Shown: piece by piece, positions 55,864 through 64,000 of the stretch
Layout of the letters: each line of letters opens with the position of its first letter
How positions within the stretch are numbered: position 1 is the first letter of the stretch
DNA from: Candidatus Woesearchaeota archaeon
Lineage (GTDB): Archaea; Nanobdellota; Nanobdellia; Woesearchaeales; UBA10216
Direction: 5' to 3'
Assembly (NCBI GenBank): GCA_016192905.1
Contig: JACPTG010000001.1
Span: 357,005 to 421,004, forward strand
Length of the DNA stretch: 64,000 nt
The notes under the pieces: generated by a model
The model's input: the letters and a program-made list of their open reading frames with translations, nothing else
Told to the model about the DNA's origin: nothing
The model's database searches: none
Program-made: the position numbers and the translations under genes

Positions 55864-58800
55864 TCAGCTCAGCGTCCTGCAGCATAATCTGAACTTTGTG
55901 CTGTTTCCTGTGATGTTCAGCTGATACTGCTTATCATTAGTATTATTAATGTACTTCAGGTCGCTTCCAACCCAATCAGTCCTGCTGAATGTCTTCCAGC
56001 CAGTATCAGTACCATCAGTGTTATAATAAACCACGTTATAGTTGGCACCCAGCCCTCCAATGTTTGTCAATATGAGGGATATATTCCAGTTCTGAGTTGT
56101 GCTTGTGTTCCATCCCCAGGACTGCAGTTGTGATGTCTGATGGATAGTAAGGGCAGGACTTGTCTGTAGGTCAGCACTCTCATACCAAGGCTTAATGTAG
56201 TTCTTGAACCTTGATGTGTTTGCCACAACATTGTTGCCCGCCAGATCCTTCGCTGCAGCCCCATAAAGGGTAATATTCACGCCCACAGAGTCACCCTGCT
56301 GTATCTTCCGCACAGCAGCATCCTGGCCGCTGGTCAGCTTTATGAATATCGTGCTGCTGTTGGCAGGGACAAGGGTTGAATTCCCACCTCCCAGGTTTGC
56401 AACTCCGTCAGCAATGCTTCCATCAGTGTAGTTAAGGCTTACGCTGGTGAGCGTAACGCCTGTAACGTTGCTGTCCATCAGCTCATTAAAGCCAAGCGAA
56501 AGCAGCCTGGAAGACTCATTGTAAGTCCAGTTGGCCAAAATCGGGGCATTAGCGTCAACATGGATTGTGAAGTTTGTGGCATTGAATGCTGTGTTTGAAG
56601 CTGAATCATTGCAGAAGACATTCCACGCATAGTCCCCATCAACCCCGAACGTGAGGCTGAAGTTGTTGTTGCCGCCGGCCCCGCCACCTGACACGCTGAG
56701 GTTCGTGCCATTTGAGACCCAGGCATTGCCGCTTGAAGAGTTGGTGTAAATGCTGCAGTTCTGCGGGTTGGCATCCAGTACGGTATAGTTGAAGGTAACG
56801 GTAGCCCCCCTTCTTGAGTCACTCGAAGGGGCGACGAGCGCAACCCTTGTAACATTGACATCAACTGTGATTGAAAGGTTGCTCAGGTTTGAGTTTCCAG
56901 ACCAGTCAGTGACATTGACTGTGAAGTTAAGCAGGCCCTCAGCATAAGCGCTTACACTCACAGTCACGTTAAAGACCCCGCTCAGGTGAGCACTTCCAGC
57001 AAGCAGCGTGACATTAGTCATCCTGACAGTCGCATTGTAATTGCCTGTAGGCGCTGAACTGTTAATCCAGTAAACACTTACATTCTTGATGCCTGAAGCA
57101 GTGTCATTGGTTGAGATGTTTATGAGCAGGTTGTCATTCTCAAATCCGCCAGTCTGAGCAATAACGAACTTCAGGGTTGGCGCAAGATTATCAACCATTA
57201 TGGATATCTTCTCGGCAGTCTGCTGGTTTCCAGACCAGTCAGTCGCATTGACAGTAATGTTCACCATGCCATTCGCAAACTGGGTTGTGACGACTGTTGA
57301 ATTGAAATAACCAACAGTGCCATTGACTCCATCAGGGTTGCTGACATTGCTCATGGCCATAAGCGGGCCTTTCTGGGTTGTGCCTGCACTCTGGTTCTCC
57401 CAGTACCAGAACACAAACCTTATGCCTGAAACAGTGTCATTCACAGAGGCGTTCAGAAGGAGGACTGAGCCTGACTGGTTAGTCCCGTTAGCAGGAGAGA
57501 CTATTCCCACAGTTGGGGCGGTGCTGTCCACGATAAGCGTAACGTTTGAAAGCGCAGTGTTGCCAGCCCAGTCAGTCGCGTTGACAGTTATGTTTATTGC
57601 GCCTGCGGCAAAGGTGCTGACATCAACCGTAGCGTTGAATGTGCCGTAAGTGTTTGCAGTAACAGCCAAGGCAGTGACATTCGTCATCCTCTGAAGCGGG
57701 CCAGAGCCAGAACCGTTAATCCAATACCACGAAACATTCCTCAGCCTGCTGAAGCTGTCATTCACAGTGAAGTTAAGGACTGTTGTTGAGGTAACGTTAA
57801 TTCCTGTCAGGCTTATCCTTGTAAGGTTTGGAGCGACATTATCAATGGTAACTGATACGTTCGCGCCGGTATCATTTACATTCGCAGCCCAATCAGTGAC
57901 GTTAATGCTGATGAATGTAACGCCATTATCCAAAGTGGAAGGCACAGTTGCATTGAAGTTTCCAATGCTGCCATTAGGAGCAATGGGATTGCTGACATTG
58001 CTCATTCCGGTTGACGGGCCCCTGCTTGCATTAGCCCAGTACCAGAACACATACCTGATGCCTGAACCGGTGTCATTCACTGACGTGTTCAGCAGGAAGC
58101 TGCCTGACAGGTTGGCGCCTGAAACAGGATTAAGTATTGCGATGCTCGCATTCGTCCTGTCAACCCTAATCGTGAAGTTGGTAAGGTTTGCAGCGCCACC
58201 CCAGTCAGTGACATTCACTGTAATGTTCAACAAGCCGTCAGGGAAGCCTAAAGTATCTATAGTATAATTGAAAGTACTGTTCCTGACCGCAGTATCAGCG
58301 CCAACACTTACATTCGTCATCCTCTGAAGCGGGCCAGAGCCAGAACCGTTAATCCAATACCACGAAACATTCCTGACCAGGCTTCCGCCGTCACTTGCCG
58401 TGACATTCAACAGGAATATGTCTGATTGGTTGGATACAGCAATTACGGGCGAGAGTATTGTGCCATTAGGCCTTGTATTGTCAACCAGGACTGTTATATT
58501 CGTGACAGAGTAATTGCTCGTTCCTGCAACGTCTGTCACGTTAACAGTAAGATTCAAAGACGTGCCCTCGGCATAGGCTGAAACGTCCACTGACACTGAA
58601 TAGAAGTTTGTGCCAGCGGTCCTTGACATCGCAGTGGCAGGACCTAAACTTGAGCTGCCATTGGACTCATTCGCCCACTGATAAGTGGCCAGCCCCACTC
58701 CGCCGCCATCATCACTCAAGGTAACATTCAGGGTAATGGTTGCTGACACATTGCCGCCACTGGTCGGGGTGTTGGTCGCGTTGTAAAACGGCGTCTTTGT

Positions 58801-61131
58801 ATCAATAGTGACATTAAGCGGTGTATTCTCAGTCCCATTCGCCGCCCTGAGATTTGGCGTCCCGTCAGTTGCATTGATGATGAACTCAACAACATCGCCA
58901 TGGACAGCTGAAAGCTCAGAGGCAGCAGCAACATTTATGCTGGTGTTGCATATGTAAACAGGAGCGCTTGAGGGGAACAAAGAGCAGTTCATCACCTTAT
59001 TCCTCGTCCATGAGGAGAGACCAGGGGAATACACCCTGTAGAAAATTGTGGCATTCCGGCTAACATTAAAGTTTAGCTCGGTAACATTCACCGACCAAAT
59101 CCTCAGCCCAGTCCTGATGAATGACTGGCTTGCGGGGCTTGCATTGGTGATAATCGGCGGAGACTCGTCTGAAGTTATATTGACAGTAAAGTTTGAGAGC
59201 CTATAGTTTCCTGCCCAGTCGCTTGCATTAATGGTAATGTTGAGGAGGCCGTTGGCGAATGCGGAAGCGTCAATAGTAACGTTGTAGTCACCTGTCTGGC
59301 TGACGCCCTCAGCACTCCAGTCCGCGGACATGTTGCTGAGCAGCTGGTCACCTGTGAACTGCGCCTTGCTTCCTGAACTGTTAATCCAGTACCAAGAAAC
59401 GTTGGCTATGCCTGAGCCTGTATCGTTAACCGAGACATTCACGAAAAAGTAGCCTGTAACATTCCTTGTAATATTCACCTGCCGTACATTAGTCGGGAAA
59501 CGCCTTGACTCATAAGTTATGTTTACAATCCCAGCCACGGTCGGCGCTGTCTTGTCAACCACAAAGGTAAGGTTCTGCAAGACAGTGTTGCCAGCCCAGT
59601 CAGTTGCGTTGATTGTGATATTCTGAAGGCCATCGGCAAAGGCAGAGGCATCAACAGTGGCGTTGTAATGACCCCAGTTGTTTCCTGTGCCAGCGGCATT
59701 TGTAACATTAGTCATTATATTGGAAGGGCCATACCCTGAGCCATTAATCCAATACCAGGTCACGTTCCTAATTCCTGAACTATTGGTTGCAACAGCCCCT
59801 GTCTTGTTGGCCCAGACAGTAAAGTTAACCAGGATTGTGCTGCTGACATTAGTCGTATTGGCAGTGATGAGAGGATTTTGCCTCTGCAGGACAGGAGCCT
59901 TGTTATCAACCAGAAGGGTGATATTGATGCTCGTATTCACATTCGAGGCATTGTCAGTAACGTTTATTGATATATTGACAAGGCCGTCAATCCACGTTGA
60001 TGTGTCAAAGTCAACCCAGTAATGATGGGAAGCAGGCTGCCTTACCATGCTCTCAAACTCTCCTATATTCCTGGATGTGCCTCCAGTGCCATTCACCCAT
60101 GTGGCTGAAGCGTTATACACTCCGCCGCCGTCATCACTGGTGGTAATGTTAAGCGTGAACCTGCCTGACACGTTCAGGACAGTGCCTGCTGTGTTCGGGT
60201 TATCGTAGGCCAAGCTGGCGCCTGACGCTGATTTTGTGAGGTTAACCCTGGTGGAGTTAATAGTCGGGGTCCTGGTGTCCAGAGTCACTGTAAAGACCGG
60301 CGTATTATTGGTCCGGTTCCCGGCGTCAGAGAGGTTGAAATTATACTCAACCACATTTCCATGCGCCCCTGAAAGGCCAAGAACTGCCTGGACATTAACT
60401 TCAAGAGAGCAGTTATGGGCTGCAGTGTGAATGGCCGGGATGAAATTACAACTGGTGGCGTTGGACACGTAAGTGTCGGTTCCCTGCCTCCTGTAATAGA
60501 CAGTAACGTTGTTCGCATTCACCAGGTTATGCTCTGTAACGTTAATAGCGAAGATTACATTAGTCAATGAACTTACGTACGTGGCATTGTTCCAACTCTG
60601 GTTAACAAAAACAGGAGCGTAGCTGTCCACCTGGAACCTCTTGTATGACTGGTTCCGCGACTCATTCACAGTACCGTGCGACGCATTCGCCGCGACCGAG
60701 CAGAACCAATAGAATGCCTCTCCGCGGACAGGACCTATGCCTGAAAGATTAAACTGGACTTTCTTGCCGTTGCCTGAGCCATTGAAAATATTAGTGGCAT
60801 TGGACATGTCACTAACTGTCTGGTTCCTCAGGAATGTGCCAGTCATGTTGGTCCACAACGAAACATTTGTCAGGTTATCCGGACCAAAATTCTCATCAGA
60901 GTCCAACTTCACTTCACAGAAGAGCGAAATTGAATTGTTAGTGCTGTATGATGAGTTTGCAGGCGACTCAACATCAACCGCTGCAAAAATCAAAACTCCA
61001 AAGGCGAGAAGGCTTAAAAGCGATATTACAAGTATAAAAGGCCAGATGCTCCTTACTCCTGCAGACTTAAGATTCCTGAAACTCACAGCCCCAGAAACCA
61101 ACCGTCCACCCCTCTTTTCACCCCAAGGCAT
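55864..61131 (-). CDS. Giant surface protein (1755 aa) built from >10 tandem ~100-aa Ig-like repeats rich in N-glycosylation sequons
   Basis: N-terminal anchor IWPFILVISLLSLLAFGVLIFAAV. Recurring NVSWYWINGSG..MTNV..FNATVD...NITVNATDWAGN modules. Exact 60-bp DNA repeats (57686-57745 / 58312-58371). Confidence 0.8.
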   Translation of the reverse strand: MPWGEKRGGRLVSGAVSFRNLKSAGVRSIWPFILVISLLSLLAFGVLIFAAVDVESPANSSYSTNNSISLFCEVKLDSDENFGPDNLTNVSLWTNMTGTFLRNQTVSDMSNATNIFNGSGNGKKVQFNLSGIGPVRGEAFYWFCSVAANASHGTVNESRNQSYKRFQVDSYAPVFVNQSWNNATYVSSLTNVIFAINVTEHNLVNANNVTVYYRRQGTDTYVSNATSCNFIPAIHTAAHNCSLEVNVQAVLGLSGAHGNVVEYNFNLSDAGNRTNNTPVFTVTLDTRTPTINSTRVNLTKSASGASLAYDNPNTAGTVLNVSGRFTLNITTSDDGGGVYNASATWVNGTGGTSRNIGEFESMVRQPASHHYWVDFDTSTWIDGLVNISINVTDNASNVNTSINITLLVDNKAPVLQRQNPLITANTTNVSSTILVNFTVWANKTGAVATNSSGIRNVTWYWINGSGYGPSNIMTNVTNAAGTGNNWGHYNATVDASAFADGLQNITINATDWAGNTVLQNLTFVVDKTAPTVAGIVNITYESRRFPTNVRQVNITRNVTGYFFVNVSVNDTGSGIANVSWYWINSSGSKAQFTGDQLLSNMSADWSAEGVSQTGDYNVTIDASAFANGLLNITINASDWAGNYRLSNFTVNITSDESPPIITNASPASQSFIRTGLRIWSVNVTELNFNVSRNATIFYRVYSPGLSSWTRNKVMNCSLFPSSAPVYICNTSINVAAASELSAVHGDVVEFIINATDGTPNLRAANGTENTPLNVTIDTKTPFYNATNTPTSGGNVSATITLNVTLSDDGGGVGLATYQWANESNGSSSLGPATAMSRTAGTNFYSVSVDVSAYAEGTSLNLTVNVTDVAGTSNYSVTNITVLVDNTRPNGTILSPVIAVSNQSDIFLLNVTASDGGSLVRNVSWYWINGSGSGPLQRMTNVSVGADTAVRNSTFNYTIDTLGFPDGLLNITVNVTDWGGAANLTNFTIRVDRTNASIAILNPVSGANLSGSFLLNTSVNDTGSGIRYVFWYWANASRGPSTGMSNVSNPIAPNGSIGNFNATVPSTLDNGVTFISINVTDWAANVNDTGANVSVTIDNVAPNLTRISLTGINVTSTTVLNFTVNDSFSRLRNVSWYWINGSGSGPLQRMTNVTALAVTANTYGTFNATVDVSTFAAGAINITVNATDWAGNTALSNVTLIVDSTAPTVGIVSPANGTNQSGSVLLLNASVNDTVSGIRFVFWYWENQSAGTTQKGPLMAMSNVSNPDGVNGTVGYFNSTVVTTQFANGMVNITVNATDWSGNQQTAEKISIMVDNLAPTLKFVIAQTGGFENDNLLINISTNDTASGIKNVSVYWINSSAPTGNYNATVRMTNVTLLAGSAHLSGVFNVTVSVSAYAEGLLNFTVNVTDWSGNSNLSNLSITVDVNVTRVALVAPSSDSRRGATVTFNYTVLDANPQNCSIYTNSSSGNAWVSNGTNLSVSGGGAGGNNNFSLTFGVDGDYAWNVFCNDSASNTAFNATNFTIHVDANAPILANWTYNESSRLLSLGFNELMDSNVTGVTLTSVSLNYTDGSIADGVANLGGGNSTLVPANSSTIFIKLTSGQDAAVRKIQQGDSVGVNITLYGAAAKDLAGNNVVANTSRFKNYIKPWYESADLQTSPALTIHQTSQLQSWGWNTSTTQNWNISLILTNIGGLGANYNVVYYNTDGTDTGWKTFSRTDWVGSDLKYINNTNDKQYQLNITGNSTKFRLCCRTLS

Positions 61132-61306
61132 TATATTTTGGCACCTCTACGAACAGGAAATGACTTGTGCTATCTTCTTTTTTCCAAAATAGATTGGCAC
61201 GCCTCTATTTAAAGCTTTTGGTCAGCCATATCAATGCGGCGATGAACTAAATTAAGCGAACTTCATTAATGATAACTTTTTAATCCAGCCAGCCAAAAAG
61301 CCTGAA

Positions 61307-61651
61307 ATGATTAAAAACAGGAGCAAAAAAACCCTGCTGTGCGAAAAACACACAATAATAGAGGACATCCTTGTAATGAGCATAGGCCTGATGTTCCAAA
61401 GGCAAGTAAGCGAAGCCCTGGTCTTCAGGTTCAGGCACCCAACCCGGGCCTGCCTCCACATGATGTTTGTATTTATGCCAATCGACATAGTCCTCACCGA
61501 TGAGCAAGGCACTGTATTGGAGGTAAAGGAGAACTTCAGGCCTTTCACCATATATAATAGCTCCATGAAATGCCGCAACATAATAGAGGCAAAGGCCGGC
61601 GCGGTTAAGGAGAGCAGGACAACGCCTGGAGACAAGCTGGAGTTCGTATAA
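61307..61651 (+). CDS. DUF192 family protein
   Basis: 114 aa. ..ACLHMMFVFMPIDIVLTDEQGTVLEVKENFRPFTIYNS.. pattern. Confidence 0.55.
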   Translation: MIKNRSKKTLLCEKHTIIEDILVMSIGLMFQRQVSEALVFRFRHPTRACLHMMFVFMPIDIVLTDEQGTVLEVKENFRPFTIYNSSMKCRNIIEAKAGAVKESRTTPGDKLEFV

Positions 61652-61767
61652 AGGCGCAGGCTAGTACCTAACAATACCCCAAACCATTCACCCTGCTGAA
61701 ATACCTGGAACCATGCAATCCTCAATCTAAAAGTATAAATACCACTCCAAACCTGCCAATCATTGAT

Positions 61768-61902
61768 GGGGATGTCGTATAAAGGATTAATTCCGTACTA
61801 CCTGGCATTATCGCTGGCTCCAGCTATGGAGCGATGAGCTAACAAGCGATGACCGACCATTGGCGATACCAGCTGATCGGAGTTCAAATCTCCGCATCCC
61901 CA
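61768..61902 (+). tRNA. Intron-containing tRNA-like gene, candidate tRNA-Trp (CCA); 135 nt with ~44-nt anticodon-loop insertion and ~18-nt extra segment in 5' half
   Basis: Acceptor GGGGATG/CATCCCC + discriminator A. T-arm CGGAG-TTCAAAT-CTCCG. Anticodon stem GCTGG..CCAGC with loop CTCCAG[insert]A. T-run (61903-61910) follows. Confidence 0.5.
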
Positions 61903-61911
61903 TTTTTTTAA
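61903..61911 (+). terminator. Oligo-T archaeal terminator after tRNA-like gene
   Basis: ttttttta directly after discriminator base. Confidence 0.4.
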
Positions 61912-61949
61912 TGCAAAGATATTAAAGGACAAACCTGAAAATTCCCTGC

Positions 61950-63101
61950 ATGAAACCCTTCCTCGCCGCAGTCGCAACGCTTGTAGGGGCAACTGTCGGG
62001 GCTGGAGTCCTCGGAATACCCTATGTAGTGTCCCAGTCAGGATTCTGGACAGGAATGGCTGTGATTGTTGCACTGGGAATTGCAACGCTAATCCTGAACC
62101 TGTACATGGGAGAAGTTGTGCTGAGGACAGAAGGAAACCACCAGATAAGCGGATACGCGGAGAAGTATACTGGGAAGCCTGGAAAGCTGCTTGCAGGCGC
62201 GTTCATGATATTCGGAATATACGGAGCGCTGGTAGCGTACATGATTGGAATAGGGAATGCAGCCGCAGCAGCACTTGGAGGAAACCACATACTCTACTCA
62301 CTGGCATTCCTTGCCATCGGCTCACTTGTAGTGATACGCGGAATAAAGTCGCTTGGCTTGGCTGAACTCCTCATCACAAGCCTAATGGTAGCCGTGGTCA
62401 TGCTGATACCCTTATTTTCAGCAAGCAACCTGCAGATAACAAACCTCCATGGATGGGACACGCAAAAACTTATGGTCCCCTTTGGAGTTGTGCTCTTTGC
62501 CTTCATGGGCTCTGCGGCGATACCTGAAATGAGGGAAGAGCTGGGGAGGAACAGGAAGCAGCTCAGGAAGGCGATAATAATCGGGACGCTGATACCGCTT
62601 GTAATTTACATCCTGTTTGCTGCTGTGGTGGTTGGGCTTGTTGGAGACGGCTTCAGCTCGCTAAAAGAAGATGAGCGCATTGCAACAATAGCCCTCAAGC
62701 TGTTCGTCCAGCCTGAAATAGCATTACTGGCAAACCTGTTTGCAGTGATTACCATGACAACCAGCTTCATGGCACTTGCATACGCGCTGCGGGGAACGCT
62801 CCAGTATGACTTCAAGGCAAACAAAAAGGCCGCAATAGCGGCAACATTGCTGGTTCCCCTTGCAATCTTCCTCATAGACGCCCTCGCGGCCGACATAACC
62901 AGCTTCATAGGCATACTCGGAACCGTAGGGGCTGTGACTGGCGGGGTGACCGGAATACTGATAGTGGCAATGCACTGGAAGGCTGCCAAAAGCAAGGGAA
63001 GAAAGCCAGAATTCTCACTAAAGCCGAACATTGCAATTGCAGCGGCGCTCATTCTTATATTCGCCGCAGGGATAATAAACGAGCTCAGGCACTTTCTTTA
63101 G
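61950..63101 (+). CDS. Amino-acid permease of aromatic (Trp/Tyr, HAAAP) permease family
   Basis: 11-12 TM helices. N-terminal ..GATVGAGVLGIPYVV.. signature. Confidence 0.75.
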   Translation: MKPFLAAVATLVGATVGAGVLGIPYVVSQSGFWTGMAVIVALGIATLILNLYMGEVVLRTEGNHQISGYAEKYTGKPGKLLAGAFMIFGIYGALVAYMIGIGNAAAAALGGNHILYSLAFLAIGSLVVIRGIKSLGLAELLITSLMVAVVMLIPLFSASNLQITNLHGWDTQKLMVPFGVVLFAFMGSAAIPEMREELGRNRKQLRKAIIIGTLIPLVIYILFAAVVVGLVGDGFSSLKEDERIATIALKLFVQPEIALLANLFAVITMTTSFMALAYALRGTLQYDFKANKKAAIAATLLVPLAIFLIDALAADITSFIGILGTVGAVTGGVTGILIVAMHWKAAKSKGRKPEFSLKPNIAIAAALILIFAAGIINELRHFL

Positions 63102-64000
63102 GCCTTCTTCGAACAAACTCAAGAACTCCAATAACAACAAACAAAATAACCAATCCTGCAACCACAAACATCCAATAATCCTTCAGCCAGGAGCCCACAA
63201 ACCTGGCAGCAGCTGGCAACGCAGACTGGTTGCCTGACTGATTGCCTGCTGAACCGGCCCCTTCAGGGGCCACGTAAGAAGTAATGGCAGAGCCCTCCTG
63301 GGAAGGCGACTGGGATGATGCGTTGCGGCTGAAGTTAAGCCTTGGCAGAGACTCAGAAAGCCTGGACCAATTTATGCCAGGGAAGGCACTAAAATTGGAA
63401 TCGCCTGAAGCGGACTCATTCCTGCCTGAAAAAGCCGGCGAAAAACGATACAGGAGAAAAACAACCAGCAGCACCACGAAAACAGCAGCCAGCAGCTTCA
63501 GAATGGCCCAACCTGACAAGCGGACTTTCCTTTCAGCAGGAGCCTGCCTTACGCCAGGCTCCTCAAATTTTTTCTCCCAGTAATAAGGCCTTTCGTCCTT
63601 CACCTTGGGGGCAGCACGCCTCCTTCTCAGGAGCAACGCAAGAATTACAAGAATAAGAAAAAGCCACCACATCAGCACAACCAAAACCCAAAAGGGAAAT
63701 TCAGACGGCCTGGTTTCCTTAGGGACAGCAGACTCATTTGCAGCAGGGCAGGACTCGCTGAAGTTCACTACAAAAGGAGTATAACCCGTGAATGCGCTGC
63801 TCTGCGCAGAAACAGACAGGAAAAACTGGCCAGGCCTCAGGCTGCAGTCAGGCCTGAAAAGCACGGCAAACTCAGCCTCACCGCCAGGGGCGAGCCTTAA
63901 ACTGGCGGGAACAACCACAGCGCCTGGATGGTCCACGCCAAAATCAAAAGTGTCTGAAAAGCCGCCAGTGTTCCTAATCCTGTAGACATACGCGAAAGAC
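63085..64000 (-). CDS. Membrane/secreted protein, C-terminal part (N-terminus beyond window end)
   Basis: Reading frame open to window edge (tool M at 63936 is GTG). Two TM helices, Arg-rich juxtamembrane segments. Confidence 0.5.
   Translation of the reverse strand, partial: SFAYVYRIRNTGGFSDTFDFGVDHPGAVVVPASLRLAPGGEAEFAVLFRPDCSLRPGQFFLSVSAQSSAFTGYTPFVVNFSESCPAANESAVPKETRPSEFPFWVLVVLMWWLFLILVILALLLRRRRAAPKVKDERPYYWEKKFEEPGVRQAPAERKVRLSGWAILKLLAAVFVVLLVVFLLYRFSPAFSGRNESASGDSNFSAFPGINWSRLSESLPRLNFSRNASSQSPSQEGSAITSYVAPEGAGSAGNQSGNQSALPAAARFVGSWLKDYWMFVVAGLVILFVVIGVLEFVRRRPKESA

Noticed and set aside
61252-61725. 157-aa minus-strand ORF
   Set aside because: Antisense to a plus-strand ORF carrying a recognisable DUF192 pattern. 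Hydrophobic low-complexity translation.

Overview
The window is archaeal, about 50% GC by eye. Evidence for an archaeal origin:
- A conserved gene run L37ae - RpoP - Pcc1 - prefoldin beta - UPF0147.
- Translation and RNA housekeeping genes aIF5B, aEF-1beta plus its zinc-ribbon partner, Trm1, RtcA and Nip7.
- Intron-containing tRNAs.
- Leaderless TATA-type promoters.
- PGF-pre-PGF surface-protein domains.

Three accessory blocks surround the housekeeping core at 14.7-18.7 kb and 23-44 kb:
- (a) 1-14.7 kb. A giant (>2190 aa) extremely Cys-rich secreted protein, truncated by the window edge, sits in an operon with a membrane-anchored surface protein. Next come two tandem paralogous genes (M23 peptidase domain, Thr/Pro linker, small Cys domain) whose ~306-bp upstream and ~80-bp downstream flanks are near-identical while the catalytic cores have diverged. 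An AT-rich AAA_14/DUF4143 ATPase and a Thr/Pro-rich mucin-like protein follow. The block ends with an intron-containing tRNA-Pro whose 3' end is repeated twice downstream, flanking a vapBC toxin-antitoxin pair, which looks like an integration scar or mini-island.
- (b) 18.7-23 kb. A co-directional operon that looks more GC-rich by eye. It encodes a Cys-repeat membrane protein, two tandem AAA+ (ExeA/AAA_22-like) ATPases and three unrecognisable proteins, one interrupted by a frameshift. This is the best candidate for an undescribed system.
- (c) 44-61 kb. A surface-protein megalocus with three giant N-glycosylation-sequon-rich proteins (1658, 1537 and 1755 aa) plus two smaller ones. Most carry a PGF-pre-PGF domain followed by a plain C-terminal TM anchor. 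One embeds an M4 thermolysin-like HExxH...NEAxxD protease domain and TSP3-like Ca-binding repeats. Another is built from ~100-aa tandem Ig-like repeats with exact internal DNA duplications.

Other items: three further type II TA-like pairs, a truncated PiT phosphate-transporter fragment, an RNase-H-like gene with no canonical start, a Met/His-rich putative Cu-binding secreted peptide, a MoxR-VWA-phosphoesterase trio, and a long tRNA-like gene (candidate tRNA-Trp with insertions) next to a Trp/Tyr-family permease. No CRISPR array and no rRNA were seen.

The ORF track uses ATG/GTG/TTG starts (all shown as M) and omits ORFs that run off the window, so several starts were re-placed by eye.
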